A stretch of DNA of 62,961 nucleotides, the filler included, from Octopus bimaculoides (Eukaryota), in the NCBI RefSeq assembly GCF_001194135.2. It is 5 parts of 4 records of this genome, joined end to end, with 100 filler letters (N's around TTAATTAATTAA, not from the genome) between each part and the next. Parts side by side here need not be neighbours in the genome. Positions count along the whole stretch, not along the records: positions 1 to 14,952 come from NC_068995.1; 4 more parts are not named here. One strand, 5' to 3'. Below are positions 1 through 12,349 of this stretch, piece by piece (position 1 is the first letter of the stretch; every line of letters starts with the position of its first letter). The notes under the pieces were generated by a model. The model saw nothing but the letters and a program-made list of their open reading frames with translations, was not told the DNA's origin and did no database searches. Made by a program: the position numbers and the translations under genes.

Positions 1-81
1 ATATATATATATATATATAAATATATATATGTATATACAGATAGATAGATAGATAGATAGATAGACATATAGGTACTCACT

Positions 82-127
<46 letters not shown>

Positions 128-242
128 CGCACACAGAAAAGCATATTTGTGCATGTGTGCGTGTGTGAATATGTATATATACGTATTGCTATATTTCGGG
201 AAGATCATTTTTTTTCTTCTGTTAAATAAACATACGCATTAT

Positions 243-449
243 ATCCTTTCTACTGCAGGCACAAGGCCTGAAATTAGGGAGAGGGGAATATTTGTTCACA
301 TCGACCACAGTACTCAACTTGCACTTAATTTATCGACCCCTAAAGAATGAAAGATAAAGTCGACCTCGGCGGAATTTGAACAGAGTACGTAGCGACGAGC
401 GAAATGCCGCTAAGCATTTCCTCCAGCGTGCTAACGATTCTGCCAGCTC
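243..449 (-). mobile_element. tRNA-derived SINE, family A (OK-like octopus SINE), near full length
   Basis: Reverse complement reads GAGCTGGCAGAATCGTTAGCACGC...TTCAAATTCCGCCGAGGTCGACTTT...GGCCTTGTGCC...AGAAAGGAT; the same sequence recurs many times in the window. Confidence 0.9.
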
Positions 450-1589
450 TTTCTTGACTTGAGTTTTATTGTTATTAAATATAACAACAATTATAAAGCT
501 AAATTAAAGGACGAATAGATGGTGTGTATTTATTTGGCAAAAAAATATAAATATAAATAAATGACCATTCCGAACTATAACAATATCTGATTTAACACAG
601 AATTTCCCATCAGAAATCTTGCAAAACATGTGCATACGGACATAAGCATGTATGTATATGTGTGCGTGTTTGCGTGTGCTTATATGTGTGTACTTGTGTG
701 TGTGCTTGTGTGTGTGTCTGTACCTGTGAATATATGTCTGCACAAAATGGACTGAATTATGTATTAAACAACAAGTATTACATCGTAGCTTTAAGGAACC
801 ACGTTGTTGAATGTATCACGTTACGTCGCTCTTCCGTCGTGTATAAGTCAGAAATTATGGAAACCCCATTGGCGTCAGCATGAATTGTATTCAGAATGCA
901 ATCAGATAAAATAAATATCACAAGTGATTTAGTCCAACGGATTTCACCATTCCAGCCTAGAGAAACGTCAATAATATACTGGCATTAATCAAATTCATAA
1001 TACATCTCGCTCCAGCAGATATCGGTAATGTCGCTAACTGGATAATTCTTGGTGCATTAACTTGAACTTAGATACGGTGTATGGTGGATTTGACAAATGG
1101 TCATCACATTCTTCTTAGCATTATGTATACATGGAATACACATTTCTTATTCTCTGATAATATTGTCCGAGGAAGATTCAAATTCAGTACAAGTACAGAA
1201 TGCACACTTCAATATTCCAATATAAACGATCTATGGAAATACACCGAACAAGGATATCGACATTATAAACATCTTTTGCTAAGGAAGTTTATCATTGTCG
1301 TGTTGTAGTACAAATATCTCAAGCGTTCTGATCCTTGTTTTTCAGCACACTAAAGTAAGAACTGAATTTAAATATAATGAGACAAATTGAGTTTCAGGTG
1401 CGACTTACTTTATTTAAAGACATGAATGACCATTGAAATTTCATTGAAGTTTAGTTGAAAGTTCTAGGAAAGTAGTTATATTGTAGACTTCATTCATTAC
1501 TTAGTTTAGCAGTAAAGCCTGACGTTTCAGACGGACTAAGTATCAAGACTGAAGTTAGTTCAATTAAAATCGGCAAGTGCTTTCACCCA

Positions 1590-1594
1590 TCACA

Positions 1595-1658
<64 letters not shown>

Positions 1659-1659
1659 A

Positions 1660-1709
<50 letters not shown>

Positions 1710-1727
1710 ACTATCTCTTTATCTATC

Positions 1728-1758
<31 letters not shown>

Positions 1759-1764
1759 GTATAT
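1590..1764. repeat. (ATCT)n and (TA)n microsatellite next to a gap
   Basis: Direct reading. Confidence 0.97.
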
Positions 1765-2107
1765 NNNNNNNNNNNNNNNNNNNNNNNNNNNNNNNNNNNN
1801 NNNNNNNNNNNNNNNNNNNNNNNNNNNNNNNNNNNNNNNNNNNNNNNNNNNNNNNNNNNNNNNNNNNNNNNNNNNNNNNNNNNNNNNNNNNNNNNNNNNN
1901 NNNNNNNNNNNNNNNNNNNNNNNNNNNNNNNNNNNNNNNNNNNNNNNNNNNNNNNNNNNNNNNNNNNNNNNNNNNNNNNNNNNNNNNNNNNNNNNNNNNN
2001 NNNNNNNNNNNNNNNNNNNNNNNNNNNNNNNNNNNNNNNNNNNNNNNNNNNNNNNNNNNNNNNNNNNNNNNNNNNNNNNATATATATATATATATATATA
2101 TATATAC

Positions 2108-2365
2108 GTATGACTTAGTGGTTAGGGCGTTGTATTCATGATTGTAAGAGTATGGTTTCGATTCCCAGATAGGGAGTTCGTTTGTTTTTGTGTTCAAACC
2201 AATTCATTTCCCGTCACGTTACTCTGCGATCATTTCTTTTTGTGACATGTAGCAAACGGTGCACCTGTACAGGTACTGTCGATTTGATGGAAGGAGGGTG
2301 CCTATATGTACACAAACATTTGATCGCTATAAACAAATCATGTGTGGTTGTTCGGCAAATAATTA
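2108..2365 (+). mobile_element. tRNA-derived SINE, separate family (CORE-like body), degenerate
   Basis: A-box-like TGACTTAGTGG and B-box-like GTTTCGATTCC, followed by a body (GTCGATTTGATGGA...CATTTGATCGCTATAAACAAATCAT) resembling a cephalopod SINE as I recall it. Confidence 0.6.
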
Positions 2366-3721
2366 TTTCCTCTATTAGCCACTAGGGCCTCATATGGAGG
2401 AACGATGCAAGTTATTCAAGTGGGGTGATACATACATTCGTGTACACAGTTTTAACAAAGGTACATATTCCCATATATGAACTCTTGGATGAAACAGGTT
2501 TAAACATATAATACAACAGTTGTACCCAAAAGGGTCCGGTATTCTGAGTTAGTTGTGGAAACCTCACAAGTTAGAAATCAACCTGATCTCCAGATCAAAA
2601 GCCTAGAAGTTTATTCCTAAGTTAGACCCATTCATTCGAACCATTCGTGCAACTTTTACCTATCGTTCCCCAAATTTGCACGAGGGCAGCACCTCCCTCT
2701 CCACTAGATTAGGAAAGCGATTAAGAAAACGGCGGGGCAATCTTTATGATAGATTCAGTTGACAGCTGTTTTATCAGACGCGACAGTAAGTGTTCAACAT
2801 AAACCCACAAGTCAGATATCTTCGGCACCGGACGGGCGCGTGCAGAACAGTCTAGTCACTCTTCTTGCATCTCGAAAGATCCGACTGATCGCACATTTTG
2901 TGCCCGTAAAGTTTATCCCAGACAGGTAGCGCTTGCCGGTAGCACTGCCAGGCGAGGGATTTCTGNNNNNNNNNNNNNNNNNNNNNNNNNNNNNNNNNNN
3001 NNNNNNNNNNNNNNNNNNNNNNNNNNNNNNNNNNNNNNNNNNNNNNNNNNNNNNNNNNNNNNNNNNNNNNNNNNNNNNNNNNNNNNNNNNNNNNNNNNNN
3101 NNNNNNNNNNNNNNNNNNNNNNNNNNNNNNNNNNNNNNNNNNNNNNNNNNNNNNNNNNNNNNNNNNNNNNNNNNNNNNNNNNNNNNNNNNNNNNNNNNNN
3201 NNNNNNNNNNNNNNNNNNNNNNNNNNNNNNNNNNNNNNNNNNNNNNNNNNNNNNNNNNNNNNNNNNNNNNNNNNNNNNNNNNNNNNNNNNNNNNNNNNNN
3301 NNNNNNNNNNNNNNNNNNNNNNNNNNNNNNNNNNNNNNNNNNNNNNNNNNNNNNNNNNNNNNNNNNNNNNNNNNNNNNNNNNNNNNNNNNNNNNNNNNNN
3401 NNNNNNNNNNNNNNNNNNNNNNNNNNNNNNNNNNNNNNNNNNNNNNNNNNNNNNNNNNNNNNNNNNNNNNNNNNNNNNNNNNNNNNNNNNNNNNNNNNNN
3501 NNNNNNNNNNNNNNNNNNNNNNNNNNNNNNNNNNNNNNNNNNNNNNNNNNNNNNNNNNNNNNNNNNNNNNNNNNNNNNNNNNNNNNNNNNNNNNNNNNNN
3601 NNNNNNNNNNNNNNNNNNNNNNNNNNNNNNNNNNNNNNNNNNNNNNNNNNNNNNNNNNNNNNNNNNNNNNNNNNNNNNNNNNNNNNNNNNNNNNNNNNNN
3701 NNNNNNNNNNNNNNNNNNNNN

Positions 3722-3768
<47 letters not shown>

Positions 3769-3771
<3 letters not shown>

Positions 3772-3940
3772 TCATACAGACAAGAAAGTAATATTTCGAA
3801 CACATTATTAACGTGAAAACAGCAGAAAGATAGGGTATTTACCGTTGTATGACGGTAGATGTCGCCAGTTGACTGCCGCAGGTTTCGAATCCTCACTTCT
3901 TAGATACCAGCTGATTGCTCTACCAATAACGCATAAAGCG
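3769..3940 (-). mobile_element. tRNA-headed SINE-like element
   Basis: Minus strand TGCGTTATTGG (A-box-like) and GGATTCGAAACC (B-box-like); body 3769-3870 is repeated at 4303-4405. Confidence 0.55.
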
Positions 3941-4302
3941 CGACGGGCCACTGTCGTGGCCCAGATAGATTCACTTAATTTATGGGGACTAATGTAACTC
4001 AAACTCTCTGAATGACTTTTCAGATGATGTAAAATTTGCCCCTATTAAATACTAAGGAGATATTTTAAGTATTTTCTGTCTTTTATGCGTGCATGGTAGT
4101 CTCAATTTCATAAGATGTGCGCAGCAGTTCATCCTTGGTAAGTGCAAATCCCAGCGCTTTATGGGTTAAGGGAAACTGCCCGCTGGCAAAAATCTCCATC
4201 AAATTAAACGCTAATTACATAGTTTGTTTTTGAAATGCAGCAACATATGCTAACAAAGTTTGTTTTGTTTTGTTTTGTCTCTGGAATCGTCAAATATGTC
4301 TC

Positions 4303-4480
4303 ATATCATACAGACAGGAAAGTAATATTTTGAACTCAGTATAACCAGGAAAACAGCGGAAAAATGGGTATTTTACTCTTATATGACAGGAAAAGTTGTC
4401 AGCTATATATTTAGCGTTTAATGTGATTGAGATTTGTATCTGAGAGGTGCTTGTTCGAGTCCCGCGGCCATCTGCTTAGA
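4303..4480. mobile_element. Second copy of the 3769-3940 element with its tRNA-like head in the opposite orientation
   Basis: ATATCATACAGACAGGAAAGTAATATTT...GAAAACAGC matches 3769-3870; GTATCTGAGAGGTGCTTGTTCGAGTCCCGCGGC on + matches the minus-strand head of copy 1. Confidence 0.5.
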
Positions 4481-5471
4481 GCAACACGCATACACACACA
4501 CACACACACACANNNNNNNNNNNNNNNNNNNNNNNNNNNNNNNNNNNNNNNNNNNNNNNNNNNNNNNNNNNNNNNNNNNNNNNNNNNNNNNNNNNNNNNN
4601 NNNNNNNNNNNNGTCATCAAAATTATTTAAGTGATGCAGGCAGTCGCTGGGGTACTACTCTGGGCGCCCTCATAGCCAGCTGTTACTACTGGTCTCTGTT
4701 CTCTATCATACGAAGCTGGTTCGAAAAGTTGCGAACTCTACACTCGTTAATGTAGGGAATTCAGTGTGTCGTAAAGGTAGAAGTTTATTGCAATACTGGA
4801 ATGTAGATGAAAAATATAAAGCGTATAGCAATACTGCCTTTCCTATTAATATACACTTTACTAAGGGGACAATGCATTATAGATTCACAATGTATTATTT
4901 ATCCTACAATTATTTCTTAAATGCTTATCAAAATGGTTCATTTTGTGCCTGAAATGAAATGCATAATTAAATAATTCAAATTAAACTTACTATATTCATA
5001 ACATAAATGATGTTTTGCGCTCCTTATTTATTGCATATTATGCAATCCTAATTGTATGAGCCGATATATAATTGTGAATGGACGAATTTATGAAGGCACA
5101 CACGTAGATCTATAGCTACATTAAAGTAAACATTGACGGAGATTTTATACGAAATATCCAATTACAGACATTTAATTAAATAGATATTAATGCAAATACA
5201 AGCATAGAGAAAGTGATTACGTAAAATTTGTAATGGAATATATGGTAGCAATGCTTGATGTTGACTACAAAATAATACCAAATTATCTATTATATTGTCT
5301 GTTACACTATTCTTGTCTGTGTAATATTCGTATACCTGCCGAAATTTTACGCTCTCTTCTGTCACATATTGCTTTCGCACGAGGGTATATGTATGTCTAT
5401 AAATTCATGCATACTAACATATCTATTGATACATATATAAATAGATACGTACATGGTTAGATAGCTAGCTA

Positions 5472-5533
<62 letters not shown>

Positions 5534-6231
5534 CACTTATATACACTGTTTTATTTAGTAAATTTGATATATCTGTCGGGATGTGTATTATGTGTGTGCG
5601 CGTGTGTATTCTACTTTCGTTTTTTACTTTTATCACTACATTTTTTCCTTGCTTATTTTCCTTTATATAGTTATTCCTTGATTTCCCTTGTACAATATGC
5701 TATTGAAATATTCCATATTGTATATCAGAGATCATTTGTTGAACAAAGTTCCTTCCTTTTACAAAATTCTGAGAAGTTTACAAAGCATAATTACAACAAT
5801 GCAACAAGTACTTACACATTTCTGTCTTGTTTCTTTGTATCTGAAACACAGACATACATAGAGGCATACAGGTGCACACGGACATATGCATACATGTCTG
5901 CTGCTTGCGCGCACTCACGTATATACGTATGGGATAGTATATTATATAGTATTATACATATATTTGCTTGTTGGGAAAATTTCCTCTATACGAATTTTTA
6001 TGTGCGAATTTTTACACAAATGTATTTATGTAAATTCTTAGGGAAAACAAAATGTAATAAATCATTTAAGACACAGTGACAGTTCAAAACACAGTGATAC
6101 AAAAAAAGCCATCAGGTGAAACGAAATCGAATAATTTATCACTGGTCATATGTGTGTGTGTGCATTTGAGTGTTTGTGAGTGTGTATATGTGTGTGTGCA
6201 CACGTGCCCGTGTGTTAGATATTATACAACA

Positions 6232-7790
6232 GCTTCCCCACCATGCTTCAACACCTCCGCAGATATCTCAAGCATGCCAGCTGATTTGTTGCTCTTCAAA
6301 CTGCGGAATGTCTTGTCTATTTCTGCTGTGTTAATGTTCAGTTCAATCAAGATTGTTCGTTGCTTATTCTAAAGGCTTCTGCTGGAATCGGCCGACAGAC
6401 AACCTCACGAAAATGCTGTTTCTATCTCCTTACTTGTCTCTCCTCCGTTGCACACGAACTTATGTAGAGTTCTTGATTCATTTTTGTCTGTAGCTACTTG
6501 AGTTTCCAAACCTCTCTTTTCTAACCACTGCTGCCTGTTTCTTCCATGAATTTTCTTCACTGCCCGGTCTAAATCTCCGTTAGTCATCATCGCAAAGGTT
6601 CAACTGATCGTCTAGACTTTCTTGATCCCACCTTCATTTGGTCTGTTTCTTTCGTTGATGCAAGTCCACTTCTCTGCTCTTATGCAACTGTCATTATTGC
6701 AACCCGTTCGACTGTTCAAAGTGACATTTGCACTATCTGTTACAGTCTAGAGAAACAACTTCCACTACTCCTCAAAGTCGCTACCTTGACGAAGTACTGC
6801 AAATCAGTTGCCCATTTCGAATTAGCAGTACTGCTGTCTTTAAACTGTGCCACTTCAAACGGCTTATTTTGCTTGACAGATTTTGTTCTTTTCAAATTTA
6901 ATAGGACATTTCCAACAATATTGTGCTCCAATCCGATGTCTAACCTGTTGGCATGTCTTCAGCTTATGCAGATGTGGTATATCTTGTATCTAGTTTACCC
7001 ATCAGGGGAGACCTACGTTACCTAGTTAATATTCTTGACATGATAGATTTTCCCAACAATGATTTCCATGTTTCCAATCAGCGACTGCATTTTTATAGCC
7101 AGAAGATCCTAAATCACTCGCTATACACTGCCTCTTAGAGTCTAGTTACGCATAGAAGTCATCAATGATGAGCTCGAGGTCCTAATTCGGTATTTCCGGA
7201 AGCATAGACTGGAGGTGGTAATAGTTAAGCTTAGACTGGAGGTGGTCATAGTTAAGCTTAGACTGGAGTTTCTGCTGCTCCATACACTTAAACTATAGTA
7301 ACTTACTCGTATCTATTTGAAAGCAGGCTGTTCCTTTATTTTCAATTTTAGTCTCGCCTTCCTGCTAAAAATAATACCAATTACATACATACATTTGGTC
7401 TTCCATGCCAGAATAAAGGATTTATCTGATATAACAGAAGCTTGACCTTTTCAACACATTTCGCAAATGTCAAAACTATCTAGATAGTAGCACTGTATTT
7501 GTAGAATTATTTAACTCAGCTTTCCGATTTGGTACAATGTCTGTACACTCCATCTCGTATTCCTTTTCCAGGATCCGGGCTTCCTTTCCACGTTGCTCGC
7601 ACCCGTTACATGTCCCACCTTAGATGACATGCCTTCACTTCTATGTCCATCAAGAATACCTTGCTTCATCCCCGTTGTCTCTCTACCATATGAATATTTT
7701 TATAGTATGATGTTACTAGCCCAACACACGACTTATGTGATGTGCGTCTGTTTACGGACCCACGGGTTACCCAATCACTAACTCTCTCAT
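6232..7790 (-). mobile_element. RTE-clade LINE, 5' half (APE endonuclease, linker, start of RT), decayed and 3'-truncated
   Basis: Minus translations SVQTLYQIGKL (TWNVRTL..GKL), IDDFYA (GDFNA), SPDG-TRYKIYHIC (SPDG.TRNQID), DIGLEHNIV (SDHNLV), LDRAVKK..QWLEKRGLE, EIDKTFRSLKSNKSAGMLEISAEVLKHGG; multiple stops and frameshifts. Confidence 0.88.
7206..7270. repeat. 27-bp local tandem duplication inside the RTE fragment
   Basis: TAGACTGGAGGTGGT(A/C)ATAGTTAAGCT x2 plus a partial third copy. Confidence 0.9.
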
Positions 7791-8255
7791 CTTTCTTTCA
7801 ATCCATGTAGCTTGTGTGGAAGACATGGAAGTAAAACAAAGTGGCGTAGCCATAAATTAATGTGAAATAAGCTAAAGCAAAAGCGATTTGTTGTGGACTA
7901 GAATTTTAGAGACGATATCGTAAATGTATGAAGCCAACTACTGAACAAAATGCAAAATGTCATTGAAAAATATATACAAAAATGGATATGAGATCGTATG
8001 TGAGTTTAAATGCGTAATAAGATTTCTCTACTTTGCATCATCTCTGAGGAAATCTCTTTGGAAACAAAATGAAATAAGTACACTTTATTTCCACTTTGTA
8101 TGGACGCTCATTGCATTAACCCGATTGGCATTGTTTAGAAATATAAACATATATTTTCTTTTCAGTTTTCCTTTAACCGGTAATGAAATTAATTCAATCC
8201 CGCACACACAAACGGACACACAATTCCACACAAATCATGCGCACTTATGTAATTG

Positions 8256-8376
<121 letters not shown>

Positions 8377-9379
8377 GTGTGTATGTGTGTATTTGTACAA
8401 GTTAGTATCTCTATGTATTCATTCACATGTAGATGTATATATACACGTAGTTATACACATTTACTTACAAAACAGAAAAGAAAATTTCATTATATGATGG
8501 AATAAATCCCTTTGGTGTATCGTTGTAAATGAATTAGTAGATTATTTATGTGCCATCGGTGCTTTAAAGAAAATTGCAGCTAATGTTATGCTATATCAGA
8601 TGGTTTTGAAAGAGAAAATAAGAGATTGTAAAAGGTACACTTAATTCCGATCTACAGAATTTTATTACTTTATGCTATGAAACAATTTGGAATTTGTTAT
8701 TTCTTTGAAGAATGTATCATGATTGTAATGTTTTATTAAGCTCATGTATCATAATTTTCAGACATGTGAGCACTTTTTCGATTCTATGTTGCTTAATTAA
8801 TCTTGTATCTGCAAAATTTAAGCAATATTTAATATAATTATAATTGATAATTATTGTAATTATTAATATTGGGAGAAAGAAAATATTACAATATGGCACT
8901 CGTATTATATTTATGTGTTTCACTGCCAGGAATTTCATATTGGATGCAATCAAAATTCTGTATCTGCACATGTGTGTTTGTATTTGTGTGTGTGTTTATC
9001 AACATTTAGTATTATTTTGTATACTTTCGTAGATCAACCTGCATACATGGCTGAAGTATTAGATTAAATAACTTTCAAGAAATTTGTGACAACTCTCCTC
9101 TCTTGATTGGACAATGAATCACAAAACTAGACAGGTAAACTTCCTGTATTTAATGGGCACTAATTGAATAAAAGAACGTATAGACATCTATTTAAATTGT
9201 CCGAGTTTTAAATAAATGAAATACAGTTACCTAAAATTTGTGTTAAGTTTGTAATACACGCACTATCAGCAATATATAAATAAATCACTACTTCTCAGAT
9301 TACGACAATCCCACTTCATTCTGTAAAACAATGGAAAAACTATTTCAAGAAGCCTCTTGATGTGTATTCCTAAATAAAT

Positions 9380-9970
9380 GTGTGTTTGGCATGTGTTTGA
9401 TTCCAACGACATGGTTTCGGTTGAGTTCTACTGCTTGGCACCTTTGTCAAGTATCTTCTGTCATAACCTCGGGCTGGCCGAAGCCTTGTGAGTGGATTTG
9501 GTAGACGGAACCTGGAAGAAGCCCGCCGTATATATATATATATATATATATACATTGATAGAAAAGGCAACAAAAAACAAAAGAAAGAGAACTCGATATT
9601 ATGTAAATAAAGGAATTTATCTGTAAAAATATGTGACAATTATTCGGTAGCCATAATAAAACTCCGAGTTTCCGCCCTGGCATCCGAAACTCGGAGTTTT
9701 ATTATGGCTACCGAATAATTGTCACATATTTTTACAGGTATATATATATATTCGTGTGTTTGTTCCTGTGTTTGTCCCCTACACTTACGCTTGACAACCG
9801 ATGTTGGTGTGTCTACGTCCTTGTAACTTAGTGGTTCGGCAAAAGAAACGACACTGTAAGTACTAGGCTTCCAAAGAGTAAGTCCAGAGGTCGATATCCT
9901 CGACTAAAAGGTGGTGAAGCAGCATGGCTACACTCAAAATGACTGACGCAAGTGAAAGAATAAAAGAATA
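9380..9970 (+). mobile_element. tRNA-derived SINE, family B (Meta-domain-like core, internal microsatellite), interrupted by a fold-back insertion
   Basis: Core GCCTTGTGAGTGGATTTGGTAGACGGAACCTGGAAGAAGCCCG, then (TA)n, then 3' half CGCTTGACAACCGATGTTGGTGTG...GACTGACGCAAGTGAAAGAATAAAAGA; the Meta-domain assignment is from memory. Confidence 0.85.
9621..9737. repeat. Perfect 52-bp inverted repeat with 13-nt loop
   Basis: Arms 9621-9672 and 9686-9737 are exact reverse complements; loop CGCCCTGGCATCC. Confidence 0.97.
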
Positions 9971-10454
9971 ATATAATTCCGGAGGGAATTACCTAATTCT
10001 GACTATTGTAACTTGTTCCAGGATACAGCGTTTTACTAAGAGCCAAAAATCGCAGAATACAATGTTCATACTGCGAGTGGTTGAGTTCTGTGTGATGTAT
10101 AGATCGGTTTTAAAGGATTCTCATTTCTATTGTAAGTTGGCAATGTGTATCTGAATATCTCAATGTAGCTGTATTTCGAGAAAAGCAGAAGAAAATGTTT
10201 TATGTATCATATACAATGAGCTCCATGCTATTCTGTTTTTGTTTTTGTTGTTAGTTTTTTAAAGAAGTTGCCATGGAGATCTTAATTTACTAAACAAATC
10301 TTTTCAAAAATAATTTTTTGGTTTAAACTTGTTATATATAAACACATATATGAGTGTGCGTTTCTGTGTGTGCATGTGTGTTTGTGTGTGTGTTTGTGTG
10401 TGTGTGTGTGCATGTGTGTGTGCATGTGTGTGTGTGTGTGCGCGCATGTGTCTT

Positions 10455-10645
10455 TGTGTTTGACTCCCGCTACCACTTGACATCCGGCGATGTTATGATT
10501 ACGATCCGGTAACCTAGCTGTCCGAGAACAGAGATTGACCCAATACGCTCCTGGCTTAAGAATAATAATTACTTGGGTCGGATTCATTCCTTTAAAAGTT
10601 CTTCAGGGCGATGATCCAGCATGACTGAAATAAGTACAAGAAATG
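10455..10645 (+). mobile_element. Family B SINE, 3' half, degenerate
   Basis: CGCTACCACTTGACATCCGG...CAGCATGACTGAAATAAGTACAAG following a (TG)n tract. Confidence 0.65.
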
Positions 10646-10683
<38 letters not shown>

Positions 10684-11699
10684 NNNNNNNNNNNNNNGGG
10701 GGGGGGGGTTGCATATTTGATTATAAGTGTATATATGTAGAATGGTTGCTTTGTATAAAGGCTTCACTTAAACATATCACGTAACATAGTCTTCTTTATG
10801 CTTATTTACACATAAATAACATTTTGACAATTTAAATTTCTATACCATAACTTCTTGCCTGTTTGACGATTTTGCGGATATCTTTAAACATTGCATGACA
10901 TTTAGTCGGTTGTAAATAATCGCTTTCAGATGTATCCCTTTCTACTCCTCTTCTCAATACATAGTCAACTCATCGGTAACGAATGCTATTTAAAGCAACG
11001 CTTTACAAGCAAACTGTTGTTAAATTATTGTTAAAAACTTTTAGATTGATGGAAAGGTCAAGGCATTGTAATTATAAACACGTTCTTTTATTTGGCTATA
11101 TACTGGAAACCTTTTTTTCTTTCTTTCATATTGGCTGTTATCATGGTCGCATCAATTTTCTTGTAAATCTAGTGGGGTTGGTTTTGAACATCAACACTAC
11201 GATAGAAAGAAATTAAAGCAGAGTTTCATAGTAAGAAGATGAATTACGAGTTATTTAGATTGTCCCCATGACTGTTTGATGAACAAACTAGATGAATTCA
11301 GTTAACGAAAGTTCTTTCTTCTTCCTCACAATATTACCTGTCTGAAAGACTACCTCGTGAGCCGTTAGTATGCAGAACGTTACTCTGCTGCACTTTTATC
11401 AGCTATTTTGTTAATATTTACATTTGGCAATTTTTTCGTTTCTTTCCATAAGAAAGTGATAACTTTTAACCCTGAGACGTTTTGGTACAGCTGTTTTTCA
11501 CCATCTTCGGTGTCGCTGATTCTCACACTGATTTATTTGACATTAGCCGTTTTCTTTCTGGGATATTTTACAGCTGTGGAAATTTGAGTTATTTTCTAGT
11601 AGACAAAAAAGGAACATGTAATCACAATTACTAAGTTATTCCAGGACTAAAATTCTTTTAGCTTTCGGCTTAATTTAATGTCAAAATGTGTCAAATTAA

Positions 11700-12090
11700 T
11701 AACGGAAATGGAGGCAGTTCAGCGTCACTACACTAGGAAAATTGCATCAACGGAACCGATGTGCACATAGGCGACTGAAAGAGTTGCAACTCCACTCTCT
11801 AGAGCGAAGACGGCAGAGGCATCAGGTGTTATACATATAGAAGTTCCTAGAATGGTTGGCACTAACTTCGGTGTAGATAGTTATACCAGCCAACAAACTG
11901 GGTGTCACTGCTGTGTGCCAAAAGAGAAACCCATCCCGTCTAGAGTGAGGACCCTGTACTGAAATAGCTTTGGTTTCAGATTTCCAGTACTATTTAATAT
12001 CTTGCCAAAACATCTGAGAGCTCTAAATAAAGCACGGAAACAAGATTTGAAAAATAGCTTCATCTCCAGCCGATCAAGATCTCAGATGAA
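11700..12090 (+). mobile_element. CR1/L2-like LINE, C-terminal ORF2 remnant
   Basis: Translates to EAVQRHYTRKI...RLKELQLHSLERRR...RVRTLY-NS.GF...LFNILPKHLR, typical of the post-RT region of CR1-group LINEs. Confidence 0.8.
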
Positions 12091-12349
12091 ACTATATCAT
12101 GTCTCCAGTGTATATTTCCACTTGTAAAGACACTGTATCATATGGCAATTATAATACAGTGAAAAAGTAAATTTGCGATTGAACATGCTCATCAAATCCT
12201 GTAGTTGTAAAATCGATTCCTAAGCAGGGTTTTAAAATTACACGAAATATACAATTATGACGCAGATGAAAGAGGATCTTGTAAATAGAGCCAAGATTAA
12301 AGAACGGATGTGTTCAGTTTTTTAGAACATCTTAGTGTAGTGTCCAGTG

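Noticed and set aside
11471-11515. HHR-like CCGAAGA-U-GGU...ACC-AAA-ACGU-C on minus
   Set aside because: Two core changes and no stem I; may be a decayed PLE terminus but cannot be supported
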